Positions 36,013 to 47,965 are shown, counted from the first letter of the stretch. The stretch: 64,000 nucleotides of DNA from Glaucostegus cemiculus (GCA_976551045.1 CDPCPM010000033.1:13392001-13456000), one strand, 5' to 3'. A program made the numbers and translations. Notes: generated by a model from the letters alone, not told the origin.

Positions 36013-37611
36013 TGGGTTTCATATTTGCTCAAATCTCTATTTGTTTACACTGATTTTTACTTGTTTTATGCTCAGGGGTCCAGTAATGAGATTTTCACGA
36101 CACCACCATAAGATAGTTAGTTAAACTTTTGCAAAACATTTTGAGCCTAAACAGTGTGACTTCAACTCGGAGCAATACAATGAGGGGATGATGGCCACAA
36201 TGTGCCTGCTTCCAGACCAATGATCATCAACAGGTGAACTCCTGGCACCTTAGGGCATCTGCTGCAGCTCTCCCTCCATGTGAAGGCAAGAAGTGGGCTG
36301 GATCCCCAGGATGAACCAACTATCGATCAGTGCTGAGTTAGGGGTTGGTGGAGGCAGGTTTTATGGAAACATCAAAAGTATGGGCCCAAGGTTACTAACA
36401 CTGTATTCCCACAAAAAGAGAGAGGTGGTGGGTGGAGCTTGTTGTGGAAGCCAACCAAACGAACTCCAATGTTTAACAGCAAATCCCAAAAACAGCAAAA
36501 GCTCAGTGGGCCAAAGTATCTCCTGTAACAGTGGTGCTGTACGAAAAAATATTAAGTAAGTGAAGGAGGAGAAAGGAAATATAATACAGAAGTTATCTTT
36601 TCCTGGAATGTGAGTACTAAACTTGAAAGGCAACACTCCAAGCCACTCTGAAAATCACATAAAAGCCAAGTGTTTTTTCAAAAATCCAGCTGTTCATGCT
36701 TTCAGCTCAGAGGATAAACGTTTCTCACTACCATCCATTACATTTCTTCCACATTCACCCTCAAAAAGCATTGTCCTTAGTAGTGTTAGCTTTGTCTGGG
36801 AATTCCTTAAGTTTAAGAATAAACCTGGAAGGGTGGCTGAGGCAGGGATAGGACTTCAAAGATTCTTCCACCTATTGTGCCTGTGGCAGCTACTTAAAAG
36901 TGTCCTTTGAAATTGCACAGTTCCAGTAAGAGACCCACTCAGGCTGTTCATTGGTGCTTTGGCTGGGTCCCAGTAGCCAAGTCTAGGCTACTCCTAGTGC
37001 TTGGACCTGACATCAGGTGGGACTGAGGCTCAACATTATTAGGGACCCTAAGACCAGGCAAACAGTGGAGGTGGCAAGTCCTTATTTCATCTTCAGCTGT
37101 AGCCTCCACAGCACTTGTCCAAAGGGCTGTGACTATCCTGGGGATTCCTGGTTCATCTCCACAGCTCTGCCGGTGAAATGGGAAAATTAACGTCCCATAT
37201 CAATGCTACCTAGGACAGATAACTTTTCCTTCAGGTACAGGAATCCCACACAATATGGGACAGTTGTTAGTCCAATTATTTTCATCACATATTTTAAGTT
37301 GTAGCCTTTGCAGGAGGTAAATTTTAATGATCTAGGATGAATACATTACCAATCATGGTTACCATTAATGTGGACATTTCATTGACCTGAACAATGCATA
37401 GAACAGATACATTCCTGTTGGCTGCTTCAACATTCTGTGTCAAATTTGTTCCAGCGACAAAGAAAGGCAATAATAAAGCAAAGAAAAAAGTGAAGAAAAG
37501 AAATAGTAAAAAAACACAATCGAGTTCAGATGGGAGAATGGCTATAACTTTTCTTCAATGTGGGAAACATTTCAAGGTGTTTTAACGTGACACAAACAGG
37601 CAGAACTATCA

Positions 37612-37860
37612 ACGGTGGTTCAATGGATAGCATTCCCACCTCTGAACCAGAATTCCACTCTGGAGACATGACCGCAAGCCTCTAAGCAGACACACTAATG
37701 CAGTACTGAGGGAATGCTGTTTGATTTTTGTCCTTCAGTTGAGATGAAATTGAGGTTGCATTTTCTTTCCAGGAAGAAACAAAAGGTTCCATGATTTTAT
37801 CTTGAAAAAGTGCAGTGAAATTATCCCGGTGCCCTCACCAATATATTTCCTCAACCTGTG
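37612..37860 (+). mobile_element. Deu-domain tRNA SINE, ancient
   Basis: tRNA-like head gtggttcaatggatagca, then tgcagtactgagggaatgctg and cccggtgccctcaccaatatatttcctcaacc. Confidence 0.6.
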
Positions 37861-37899
37861 CTGGAACCATAATTTGACAAGATACTTAAAAGTGATTGA

Positions 37900-38525
37900 A
37901 GTATCGAATGCTGAGCCTAATAGTTAGAGGGCTGGAGGGCAAAAGGATAAAGTTATCCTGATGGCTAAATGGGATTAAAAGCAAAATTGCCACAGCTGTA
38001 CAAAGACCTGGTTAAACTGCTACGAGTTCCTGAAGGATATACTAGCTGTGAATGGTGTGCAGCGTAGAATTCCCGGAATGATACCTGATGCGTATTTTCT
38101 CCTCATAATTTAATCAATGGATAACATTATAAAAAATTCTAGCTATGAAGGAGAGCTGATAGGGTAGCTAAAGATAAATTATTGCTGCAGCTGGGTAGCC
38201 CAAGATGAGAAGGCACCATCAAAACTTGGAGCAGGGCTTTATAAGAATCAGGTTAGGAAATATTTCTGTATACAAAGAATACTTATAACTCTTCCAAAAA
38301 TGGCAATTGATATGAGGTCAACCGTAATTTGAAATTGACAAGTTTTTGATGACAAGGGTAAAATGTTATAAAGCAATGGAGAAACACAGCACAGAAATAG
38401 GACCTTCACCCTACCATGTCCATGCCATAATATGTGGGCAAAGATGCAATAAGTAAGGTGACACATCAGCTGTGAACTCATCGAGGTTTGAGGGATTAAA
38501 TGGTCTCTTACTGTTCCTATAATCA
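37900..38525 (+). mobile_element. Ancient CR1 3' fragment
   Basis: Degraded RT C-terminus and tail gagggattaaatggtctcttactgttcctat. Confidence 0.55.
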
Positions 38526-38823
38526 ATATCACTTAAACAAGATTGCTGTTTGCAGAAATGTACCATGAGCAAATTCCTATTGTGTCCTCTACATGTGGCT
38601 ATGCCTGAAAAATATTTCATTCACTGTAGAGAAGTTTGAGGCAACTCAAAAGTGTGAAAAATGCAGCATAAATACTTGTCTTTTTCAAGGTATCTGTTAA
38701 ATTAGGTTGTCCAATTAAATATGCAGTTTTCCAAAAGGTCATTGCATTTTGGCATGCTTCTATTAGTAAAATAATAAAGTTGCTGTGAAATATATTGAGG
38801 TATTAGGTTAATTGTTTACTCAC

Positions 38824-38930
38824 CATATTGGGTAAAGACCAAGCCTTGTACTTATGAAGACCAAGCTAAACATTACAAACAGAAGGTCACACAGTCTTTG
38901 ACATTTGGCATAGTTTGCCATCTTAGCTGC
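38824..38930 (-). CDS. CERS6: CERS6 exon, 107 nt ([36 protein letters not shown])
   Basis: taatttgcag acceptor and gtgagt donor. Phase 0 start, ends in TG (phase 2). Confidence 0.95.
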
Positions 38931-39431
38931 CTGCAAATTAAAAAAAACACTGGTTTTGGATTTTCAATATCTGACTAATATTATTAAGTCTTTAACTTGC
39001 TCCTCTCCTTAAGAACAAGTAGATCAAAAGTGACACAAGAGTTCATTAATCTGTGCCTAGTCACAAATAATATTATAGTACCAAGATCATTAAATGCATC
39101 AAATGCCTTGAGGTGAGTATGTTTCTCATTTAATTATAATCTGTGGATTTAGCTCACAAACACACAATTACTAACATGGCAAGAAAACATTTAGGTTCAG
39201 AAAAATGGAAATAATGTGGATGAAATAAGCAGATAAACTATGAAGCAAGCTTGTACATAAACACATAAGTAAATTGCATATTCAACAAATGACAGATTGC
39301 TTAATCTATGAGTCTTTATATTCACTGCACAGAATAAGTAATTTACACTGATCTTAGAAAATATACAGTGAAAGTTACTTATTCTATGGAGTTTTTTCCT
39401 GAGGGGATTATTTCAGACTATGTTTACTTTA

Positions 39432-39690
39432 AACTCTTTAGCCAGAGGGGTGGTGAATTTATGGAATTCCTTGCCACAGAGAGCAGTGAAGGCCAGATCA
39501 TTGGAGATAATCAAGAAGGAGATAGATAGATATCTAACTGGTCAAGGTATCAAGGGATATGGAGATAAGGCTGGAATTTGGGGTTAGAATAAGTTTTTCT
39601 CCTCCCTTTTTCCTCACCCCCCCTTCCCTTTGGAACAGACTCGATGGGCCGAGTGGCCTACTTCTGCTCCCTTGTATTGTGATCTTGTGG
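39432..39690 (+). mobile_element. CR1 3' end
   Basis: cagaggggtggtgaatttatggaattccttgccacag..gatgggccgagtggcctacttctgctcc. Confidence 0.8.
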
Positions 39691-40539
39691 TTATCTGTAA
39701 ATAAACAATTAAAATAATCCCCATCAATCATATTCTTTCTGAGACCTTGTATGCTTGTTTTGCAATGACTTTCTGCACTTGTATCATTACTGACCTCTTA
39801 CTGAAGCTGCAGGAATTGTGAATTCCAGCTCTGAAAAAGAGCACAGCTGAGCTGGTCCCCCAACCATAGCACTCCTTTTACTTAGTCAACTATGTTTTTG
39901 TTTGAATATAATGAAAAGGAAATTGTTTCAGTTAACCTTGATATTTTAAATTCTTTAAACCTGGGGAGTAATGTTCATAGCATGAAATAAGAACATTTTT
40001 TTCTTTAATACTCAGTATCTGTCAAGGCCTTCCAGGTTAGATACAGCATGTGCTTGAACCAGAGTGAACCTCTGTCAATCTATCTTATTCTGATCCAAAA
40101 CAGGACCTCCACTAAACTTTCCATTTTTAATATCATTCATTACTATAACTAGTGTGTTATGTCATGGGATATTATATTCATTATGACTTTATGCTGTAAA
40201 ACTGTTCATTTTTTTTGTTTTCTTTCAGATAACACACAAAGATTACTCTGGGATGTACTTGAACTCAAAAATGTAGGATAGACAGTGTGTTAATCTGTTT
40301 TGCCAACAAGACCCCTTGCAGCATTTTTTAAATGAATCCTGGTTCTGAATACTTTTATTAAAAATATTCAATGTGCCAAATCATACTCATTATATTTGCC
40401 AAAAACAATTTCTAAAACATGCTCATAAATAAATCTTGACCATCTGGATCCTCTTGATGCAGTTTTGTTATTTCTTAATATACTCAATGGAAATTCTGCT
40501 TCCCAGCTAACCAGAATTGGACATACAAGATTCTCTCAC

Positions 40540-40640
40540 TGGAAACTTAGCTACACATATTTGGAAGGCTGCAAGTTTGATTCCTGGCCTGAACTGAGCC
40601 AGCTGATCTCAGCTGGGTGATGGCTGGAGTGGCCTCTATA
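40540..40640 (+). mobile_element. Possible LF-SINE-like relic
   Basis: gtttgattcctggcctgaactgagccagctgatctcagctggg resembles the LF-SINE motif GCTGAGTTAGCTGATCTCAGC as recalled. Confidence 0.4.
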
Positions 40641-41250
40641 CATACAGCTGCATTACAACCAGGGTTCCTGTTCCTACTTTTTCTGCTTTATGTGCACTTG
40701 TGCATGTCAATATGGGGTCAATATCAGAATATAGTTGTCATACATTGTTTAGCATTATGCATGAAAAATGCCATATTAGGCAAAGACAAACATTGTCTGA
40801 CCAAGCACTCAAAGGCTTCAGAATAAGAGGAAGGGAAAACAATGTTGTGGGAAAAGTGAAAGACGAAATTCTAATTACTTTCTTTCTTAGTCTGATTAAC
40901 AACATTAATCTGGCCAATTTCTTATATTAGATAATTCTTCAGGGTGAATGTCAAGCAAGGCTAGGGGGTTACTCACTGGGAGGAAGCTTATTAACAGTAT
41001 AGGAGGTTTGGAAGGCAGACAGTAATAATGCAAAAGGGCTTATGTAAATAGAAAGAGGTAAACAAAACTCATTAGTGGAAACATAACTATGTTTTTGTGA
41101 TTTTTCCCTCTGCCAATTCACAAAATATTATTAGTATGGATCTGGTAGTAAGAAGACGATTTTTGTTTACATAGTGATATGTGTGATAATGCCCAGTTCC
41201 CAGTTGCAATGTCGTAAGGACTTATTAAAGGTAATGAACACTTTCCTTAC

Positions 41251-41379
41251 CTCTAACAGAAAGTCAGATGCATCATGAAGGCACATGACCAGTGTTCCTA
41301 CTCGCACCATGTTGTTGACATATGAAAATGTTATAAGCGCTATTGTTGCAATGTGATGCAAAAACATAATGGCAAAGTC
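41251..41379 (-). CDS. CERS6: CERS6 exon, 129 nt, Lag1p motif ([43 protein letters not shown])
   Basis: tcttgttttag acceptor and gtaagg donor, phase 0/0. Catalytic HH and LHDxSD of ceramide synthases. Confidence 0.96.
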
Positions 41380-41611
41380 CTAAAACAAGAAGAAAAAGCT
41401 GGGTAATAACTTAGTGCAAATTTCACAGCAATTGTCCAATACAGAGCACCCTGCACAGTTCACAAACTTAGAATAAAAATTCTACTGGAATGATCTGAAC
41501 ATCCAACATTCATCTTTGGGTGACTAATTATCAAAAAAGAACAATTTGAACTCGTATCTAGGCAGTTTACAAAACATCCCACACATCAACTTGTTCAAAA
41601 GGAAGTAATTT

Positions 41612-41925
41612 GTCATAGAGTCCTACAGCGCAGAAACAGGCTCTTAGATTCACTGAGTCCACACCAAATATCGTGCACACATTTACACTAATCTTGCACT
41701 TATTCCCATCAATGACATTCAGATTCTACCACTCGCCTAAGCATCAGGGCCAATTAACCTACCAATCCACATGTCTTTGGGATGTGGGAGGAAACTGGGC
41801 CACCCAGAGGAAACCCACATGGTCATAGGGAGAATGTGTAAATTCCATACAGACTGTTCCAGACCAAACCCAAGTCGCTGGAACTATGAGGCAGCGGCTC
41901 TACTAGTTGTGCACTGTGCCACCAA
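41612..41925 (-). mobile_element. HE1-like tRNA SINE with CR1(HER1)-derived tail
   Basis: Minus-strand head ggtggcacagtg. V-core (plus tgtgggaggaaactgggccacccagaggaaaccca). Tail (plus) tcatagagtcctacagcgcagaaacaggc. Confidence 0.8.
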
Positions 41926-42899
41926 GTTATTAAACCATTTGTTTTATGTCTGAATTCTTTAGTTGCAATTTTTATGTCACTTTCCATTTGAAATGCAATG
42001 ATCAATCTTACAATTCTGAAAACTATCAAGTTTTCTGATGTGTCATTCCAGTTCTTAGTTAAAGCTTATTTAAGTGGCATATTGTTCAACTGGTGTTGGT
42101 TCTGCGTCACTTAGCAGAAGATGGTAGCACTTCTTAAAGGACAACAACTGATGCAATTATAGATGAAAAAGACCAAAAGAAAACAGAAATAATTTCCATG
42201 AGGATTTATTTGAATTAAGCAGTTGGTTTTACTTTAGCCTGTTTCACAGCACTGACCATAGATATTTAGATTCTTACAGTAATTTACACAAAGCGAGCTG
42301 TCCTGTGTAGTTTCATATTGTATTATTCAGCTTTTGGGGAAAGACTTGGTAGTTGGAGCACAATATCAAGAAAGTGATATGTAACAAGCAAAAGGCCCAA
42401 GCATCTCCTGCCGAAGCTTCATAACATGAACTGATACGAGTACCATTCCACAGGAAATAACGTCTGTTTATGCTCTCATTGAGAGGATGTAGTGCATAGA
42501 TTTAGCTCCTGGAGCCTCACAGTCTGGCTTGCAGTCTTGCAGATTGTGCTTTTCAAAGAGTCAAGAATCACGCTGTGGTGTCTCCCACATTCAAATAGCT
42601 TGTTTACAGAGTAAGCACTCTTTGCGTCTTGCAATCATTTGCCCAGATTGTAGTGGGATCTTTGCCTTTGCATTGAGAAATGGAGCCATGATTACCACAT
42701 GTCTCCACCATATTCTATGATGATTAATTCCACCATTTTTCTCTCATAAACTTCCCTCCAAACTTCCTTTAACAACAGATGTGGCCCTTAAACAGATAGT
42801 CCCCACACTAGATTTACTGTGCATTAGGTGTGTTTTACAGGTTAAGCTATCTGGAATTGCTTTCATGTGCTAGAACTTAAATCAAATTTGTTCTCCTGA

Positions 42900-43370
42900 C
42901 CCTCTAACCACCTTGATCCACAAACCTCAGCTGCTTCAAAATTTTGCTGCCCTTTTCCTACCTCACACCAAGTCCCTTTGACCCATCACTACTCTTCTCA
43001 CTGTCACAGGCATTATCTCAAAATTAAAATTTTCATTTTTGCTTTCAAATTGCTCTGTTAGCTTACCCCTTCCTATGTCCTCCTCCATGAAATATCTTTT
43101 CCTTCCATTCTGACTTCTAGTGCATCCCATGCTTTAATCACTCCACCACTGGCTGTTGTACTTTGACCAGCCTAGGCCCCAATCCCTTGAATTTCCTCCC
43201 TATACGTCCATGCCTATCGACCTACCTGTCTGACAAAGCTTTTGATCCTATGTTTTTATGTGGTTCTTTGTCAAACTTTGTTCGATACTGATATTCTGAA
43301 GTACTTTCGGATATCTTGGCACATTAAGGATATTTGGATGTACCTTAATGCATGTTGTTGTTAATAAATA
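42900..43370 (+). mobile_element. L2-clade LINE 3' remnant
   Basis: aaattaaaattttcatttttgctttcaaa (FKILxxxFK-like), ctaggccccaatcccttgaatttcctccct, tail ..tgcatgttgttgtt. Confidence 0.5.
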
Positions 43371-43622
43371 AGCACTCCCAGTGGAAATTGTGCCAAGGCA
43401 GCAATTATAATATAAGGTATGACAAATCTTATAAGAACAGAGGAGAAGGCAATTTGGTTCATCAAATCCATGATGGCACCTAAGAGAGTAACCCTGTTAG
43501 TCGCATTCTCCCTCTCCTAATTTTCCCCGCACTCCTGCATCTGTTTTCTTTCTCACACATGCCCATTAACTCCCCTTTGGTTCTTTTGCCACTTACCGAC
43601 ATTAAAAGGTAATTTATAGTGG

Positions 43623-43856
43623 TGAAGCAGCCAGCAGGGTGCGACTTAAAAGAACATGAGGACACGGAGACTCGATCGAGCATGTTTTTAATAACTTACC
43701 AAAAGCCGCGCATATCCCGAACTACAAAAAAATGGCCGGCGGAAGTGACGTCATACTCCTGCCGGAAGTCCCGCCTTCCGGCACTATCGCGGGAACCTGC
43801 ACATTTCCCCGCGATGGCCGACGGCGTTTCAGATCCCGACATTGTGAGTCGCTACA
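43623..43856 (-). repeat. 3' LTR (234 bp)
   Basis: Direct repeat of 47624-47858 (about 19 differences counted by eye, mostly CpG transitions). Preceded on the minus strand by a G-rich PPT (plus ccacccccccca at 43857-43868). Confidence 0.95.
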
Positions 43857-46800
43857 CCACCCCCCCCAGAAACGCCCAGCGGAGTCGCGGGGCCATCAAC
43901 CCGATTGCCCAGCTTGGGAGGCCTACCCCGCCGTCGTGGCGAAGGCACCCTGACCGGGTGTGCAATGTCCAGATGTGCCGGCTTCAGGCGGTCCACTGTG
44001 AAAGTCTGCTCACGACCCTCAACCTCGATGACATATGTTGAACCACTGCGCTGGACCACCCAGAAAGGCCCCTCGTACGGCTTCTGCAGGGGCGACCCAT
44101 GTCTTCCCCGGCGGATGAAAACGTACTCACAGCCCTGGAGGTCCTTCGGAATGAAAGAAGGCACTGTGCCGTGCCTGGAGGCCGGGATCAGTGCCAAGGT
44201 CCCCACCTTGGCCCGCAGCTTCGCTAACACTTCCGCCGGAGTCCCTGCTGGGTCCTGAGTCCCTGGTACAAACTCGCTCGGTACCGTGAGGGGGGAACCA
44301 TAGACCAGCTCGGCTGAGGAGGTGCCCAAATCTTCCTTGGGGGCCGTAAGGATGCCCAGCAGGACCCAGGGGAGCTCGTCTGTCCAGTTAGGTCCCTGCA
44401 TGTGAGCCATCACGACGGACTTGAGGTGCCGGTGGAAACGCTCCACCAAACCATTGGCCTGCGGGTGGTATGCCGTGGTGTGATGCAGGTGTGAACCCAG
44501 GAGCTGCGCCAGTGCCGTCCACAAGCCGGACGTGAACTGCGCCTCTTGGTCGGAGGTAATGTCCGTCAGGAGGCCAAACCAGGCAATCCAGTGGGCAATG
44601 AGGGCTCTGGCACAGGACACGGTGGACGTGTCTGCCAGCGGCACTGCCTCTGGCCACCTGGTGAACCTGTCCACCACAGTGAAAATGTACCTGGCGCCCT
44701 GGGAAACTGGCAGTGGTCCAACGATGTCCACGTGAATGTGCTGGAACCTGCCAAGCGTTGGCTGAAAATGCTGGAGGGGAGCCTTCACGTGCCGCTGGAC
44801 CTTGGCCGCCTGACATTGCACGCAGGTTCTGGCCCAGTGCCCCACCTGCTTGCGTAGACCATGCCATACGAATTTTTCTGCCACCATCCTGATAGTCGCC
44901 CTGATGGACGGGTGGGCCAGGCCATGCAGGGCGTCGAAAAACCTGTCGTCTCCACGCTGCTGGCACCACCGGACGGGGTCTGCCAGTAGACGTGTCACAC
45001 AGGAGCCGGATCGCCGTAGGGCTAACAGGAACATCTTCCAGCCAGAGTCCCGAAAGCGCGGTGCGGTATGCCGGGATCTCATCGTCTGCCTGCTGCGCTT
45101 GCGCCAGCGCCGTGTTGTCGACGCCCGTGGCTGGGGTGGTCGCTGAATGGATGTGGGGGTGGGACAGCATGTCGGCGACCACATTGCTCTTCCCAGCGAT
45201 GTGGCGGATGTCGGTGGTAAATTCCGAAATGAAGGAGAGGTGCAGTTGCTGCCGAGCCGACCACGGGTCCGACGTCTTTGCCAGGGCAAACATGAGGGGC
45301 TTGTGGTCCATGTAGATGGTAAAGTACCTCCCCTCAAGGAAATAACGGAAATGGCGGACAGCCAGGTAAAGAGCCAGCAGCTCCCTATCAAAAACGCTGT
45401 ACCTGACCTCTGGCGGCCGCAAATGTCGGTTGAAAAAAGCGAGCGGTCTCCACTGGCCCTCAACGAGTTGTTCCAAGACCCCACCGACCGCCGTGTTGGA
45501 AGCGTCGACAGTGAGTGCTGTGGGGACGTCGACTCTTGGGTGCACCAGAAGTGTTGCCTCCTTGGCCAGTGCCTCCTTAGCCCGATCGAAAGCTGCCGAG
45601 GCCTCCGCGTCCCAAACAACATCCTTGGCCTTGCCGGCCATGAGTCCGAACAAGGGCCGCATGATGCGTGCTGCTGCGGGCACAAAACGGTGGTAGAAGT
45701 TCACCATTCCCACGAATTCTTGCAGGCCCTTGACCGTGTAGGGCTTGGGAAATTGGAGGACGGCCTGCACCTTGTCGGGTAGCGGGGCGGCGCCATGCTG
45801 GTTCACCCTGTGGCCCAAGAAGTCGATCTCCCGCAACCCGAATTGGCACTTCGCCAAGTTGATCACCAACACGTGGTCGCTCAGGCGCTGGCAGAGCTGA
45901 CGGAGATGAGCTGAGTGCTCCTTGCGCGACTTGCTGGCTACCAGGATGTCATCCAGGTACACAAAAGTGAAATCGAGGCCTCTGCTCACCGAGTCCATTA
46001 GCCGTTGAAAAGTCTGGGCGGCGTTCTTTAGGCCGAAAGGCATTCGGAGGAACTCGAACAGCCCAAAGGGGGTGATGAGGGCTGTTTTAGGCACGTCATC
46101 GGGGTGAACAGTGATCTGATGGTATCCCTGGACCAGGTCAATCCTAGAGAAAATGGTCGCCCCATGGAGGTTCGCTGTGAAGTCCTGGATGTGGGACACA
46201 GGGTACCTGTCGGCAGTCGTGGCATCATTGAGTCTCCTGTAGTCTCTGCAGGGTCTCCAGCCCCCCGCTGCTTTGGGCACCATGTGGAGCGGGGATGCCC
46301 ATGGGCTGTCGGAACGGCGGATGATGCCCAACTCCTCCATCCTGCGAAACTCCTCCTTGGTGAGGCGGAGCTTGTCGGGCGGGAGCCTGCGGGCACGGGC
46401 ATGTAGCGGAGGTCCCTGTGTGGTGATGTGGTGCTGCACGCCGTGCTTGGGGACTGCAGCGGAAAATTGCAGGGTGTTGTTGGAGAGTGGAGAGTGCAAC
46501 AGAGTCAAGGTGGGGGGCAGGTGACCGGGCCTTCCCGAGCTGGTAGCTTTGGAAATTCTCAGCATGGACCAGACGCCGGCCCTTCAGATCGACCAGCAAG
46601 CGGTTGGCGCGCAGGAAATGTGCCCCTAGCAGTGGCTGCGATACCGCTGCTACAGTGAAAGTCCAGGTAAACGAACTGGTCCCAAAACGTAACGGGATGG
46701 TGCGCAGGCCGTAGGTGCGGATGGTAGAGCCGTTCGCAGCGGTGAGTTCAGGGCCGTTGACCGCGTTGCGGGTACCCATGTTGGAGGGGGGAAGGACGCT

Positions 46801-46920
46801 GATTTTGGCCCCCGTATCCACCAGGAAACGCCGCCCAGTGAGCCGGTCCCAAAGGAAGAGTAGGCTGTCTCACTGGCCAGCCGTCGAAGCCACTAACGAC
46901 GGCCAGCCTTGGCGTTTCCC
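43829..46920 (-). pseudogene. Gypsy pol (protease, RT, RNase H, integrase), disrupted
   Basis: FLVDTGA; SPWASPLHMV..DYRRLN..MPFGLKNA..YLDD; TVDAS..DRELLA; HHCC (HGLAH..CVQC); HVDIVGP..SDQ..QANGLVER; GPF module. In-frame TGA at 46870-46872, a frameshift/deletion near 46480 and a frameshift near 44940. Confidence 0.93.
46876..46920 (-). other. Programmed -1 ribosomal frameshift signal (gag-pol)
   Basis: G GGA AAC heptamer (46914-46920) in the gag frame, 6-nt spacer, and 11-bp stem GCUGGCCGUCG/CGACGGCUGGC with the gag UAG in the loop. Pol lies in the -1 frame. Confidence 0.8.
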
Positions 46921-47585
46921 GGGAAAGAACACGGCAGCTGGCAGCGGCACGCATTCGTCCCCCACCTCTTGTGGTAGAAACACCACTGCCTTGGGCCTTT
47001 ATCTTTGTCCTCTGCGGGCCCTGACGGTTTGGGTTTTGGAACCCTAGCCGGAGGCTGCGAGGCCGCCGCTATGCAGGCGGAGGCCACTCCTCACCGCCGA
47101 CTGCACCAAATGACATCCGCTGTGGCCGTGAGGGCACGCGGGTCGCTGAAATCTCCGTCGGCGAGGAGGGGCTGCATATCATCCGGGAGTTGCTCGAGGA
47201 ATAGCTGCCGGAACAGGAAACATGGCTGATGGTTGTCCATGAGTGCCAGCATCTTGTCCATCAACTCGGAGGGCTTGTGGTCACCTAGGCCGTCCATATG
47301 GAGGAGCCTCGTGGCTCGGTCGCTGAGGGAAAGGCCGAACGTGCGGATGAGGAGAGCCTTGATTCGGACGTACCTGTCCTCCGTCGGTGGCTGGCTTAGG
47401 AAATCAATGATGCGACCGGCCGTGTCCTGGTCGAGGGCACTGACCACATAGTAATACTTCGTGGCGTCGGCTTCGATGCCCCTGACGCTGAACTGGGCCT
47501 CCGCCTGTTCAAACCAGACTTGAGGCTGCGAGGTCCAGAAAACCGCGAGCTTGAGTGCCATGGCGTTGTGGGAGTCAGTATCCAT
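46893..47585 (-). pseudogene. Gypsy gag with CHCC knuckle; one in-frame TGA at 47091-47093
   Basis: LKLAVFWTSQPQVWFEQAEAQF..LGDHKPSELM..LFLEQLP, continuing in the same frame to WCFYHKRWGTNACRCQLPC. Confidence 0.9.
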
Positions 47586-47607
47586 GATTCCAGATGCCGT
47601 CTGGAAT

Positions 47608-47621
47608 CGTCAGGGTCACCA
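47608..47621 (-). promoter_or_regulatory. Primer-binding site complementary to tRNA-Trp
   Basis: TGGTGACCCTGACG, 2 nt after the 5' LTR, versus the tRNA-Trp complement TGGTGACCCCGACG (one G:U). Confidence 0.85.
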
Positions 47622-47623
47622 AA

Positions 47624-47858
47624 TGTAGCAGCCAGCAGGGTGCGACTTAAAAGAACACAAGGACACGGAGACTTGTTCGAGCACGTTTTTAATAACTTAC
47701 CAAAAGCCGCGCATATCCCGAACTACAAAAAACACGGCCGGCGGAAGTGACGTCATACTCCCGCCAGAAGTCCCGCCTTCCGGCACTATCGCGGGAACTC
47801 GCGCGTTTCCCCGCGACGGCTGATGGCGTTTCAGATCCCGACATCGTGAGTCACTACA
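47624..47858 (-). repeat. 5' LTR (235 bp)
   Basis: tgtag...ctaca termini; direct repeat of 43623-43856. Confidence 0.95.
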
Positions 47859-47965
47859 GTGGCTAATTAATCTGCAAGAACATCCTTGAGATGTGGCAGG
47901 AAACCAGAGCACCAAGAGAAACCCACATAGTTGTGGGAAAGAATGTGCAAGCTCCACATAGATAC

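Larger units (their letters stand above)
43623..47858 (-). mobile_element. Near-complete Gypsy LTR retrotransposon, CsRn1/Kabuki/Boudicca-like lineage
   Basis: Two TG..CA LTRs, GTGG TSD (43619-43622 and 47859-47862), tRNA-Trp PBS, PPT, and gag-PR-RT-RH-IN order. Confidence 0.95.
43490..47965 (-). mobile_element. HE1/V-SINE-like host SINE split in two (43490-43622 and 47859-47965) by the Gypsy insertion
   Basis: Rejoined halves (..ggtaatttatagtgg|ctaattaatc..tgtggcaggaaaccagagcaccaagagaaaccca) align with the uninterrupted copy at 4370-4550. Confidence 0.75.

Noticed and set aside
34310-37260. Possible old non-autonomous DNA transposon pieces (similar patches at ~13450-13880, 49480-49760, 53450-55120)
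   Set aside because: GC-richer patches suggest ancient repeats, but I could not identify TIRs, TSDs or transposase, so they are not called.
41167-41367. ORF-track 66-aa protein as a standalone gene (likewise 15951-16142)
   Set aside because: These are CERS6 exons read through into intron; splice sites define the true limits.
15951-41379. Assignment as CERS5
   Set aside because: The AGKWNPLH microexon, [23 protein letters not shown] and SDIESSSDEE favour CERS6, although some residues (NNMVRVG, DFLLE) are CERS5-like. A tree or synteny check would settle it.
43905-47750. Many plus-strand ORFs antisense to the Gypsy element
   Set aside because: Expected by-product of high GC and few stops; no recognisable domains.
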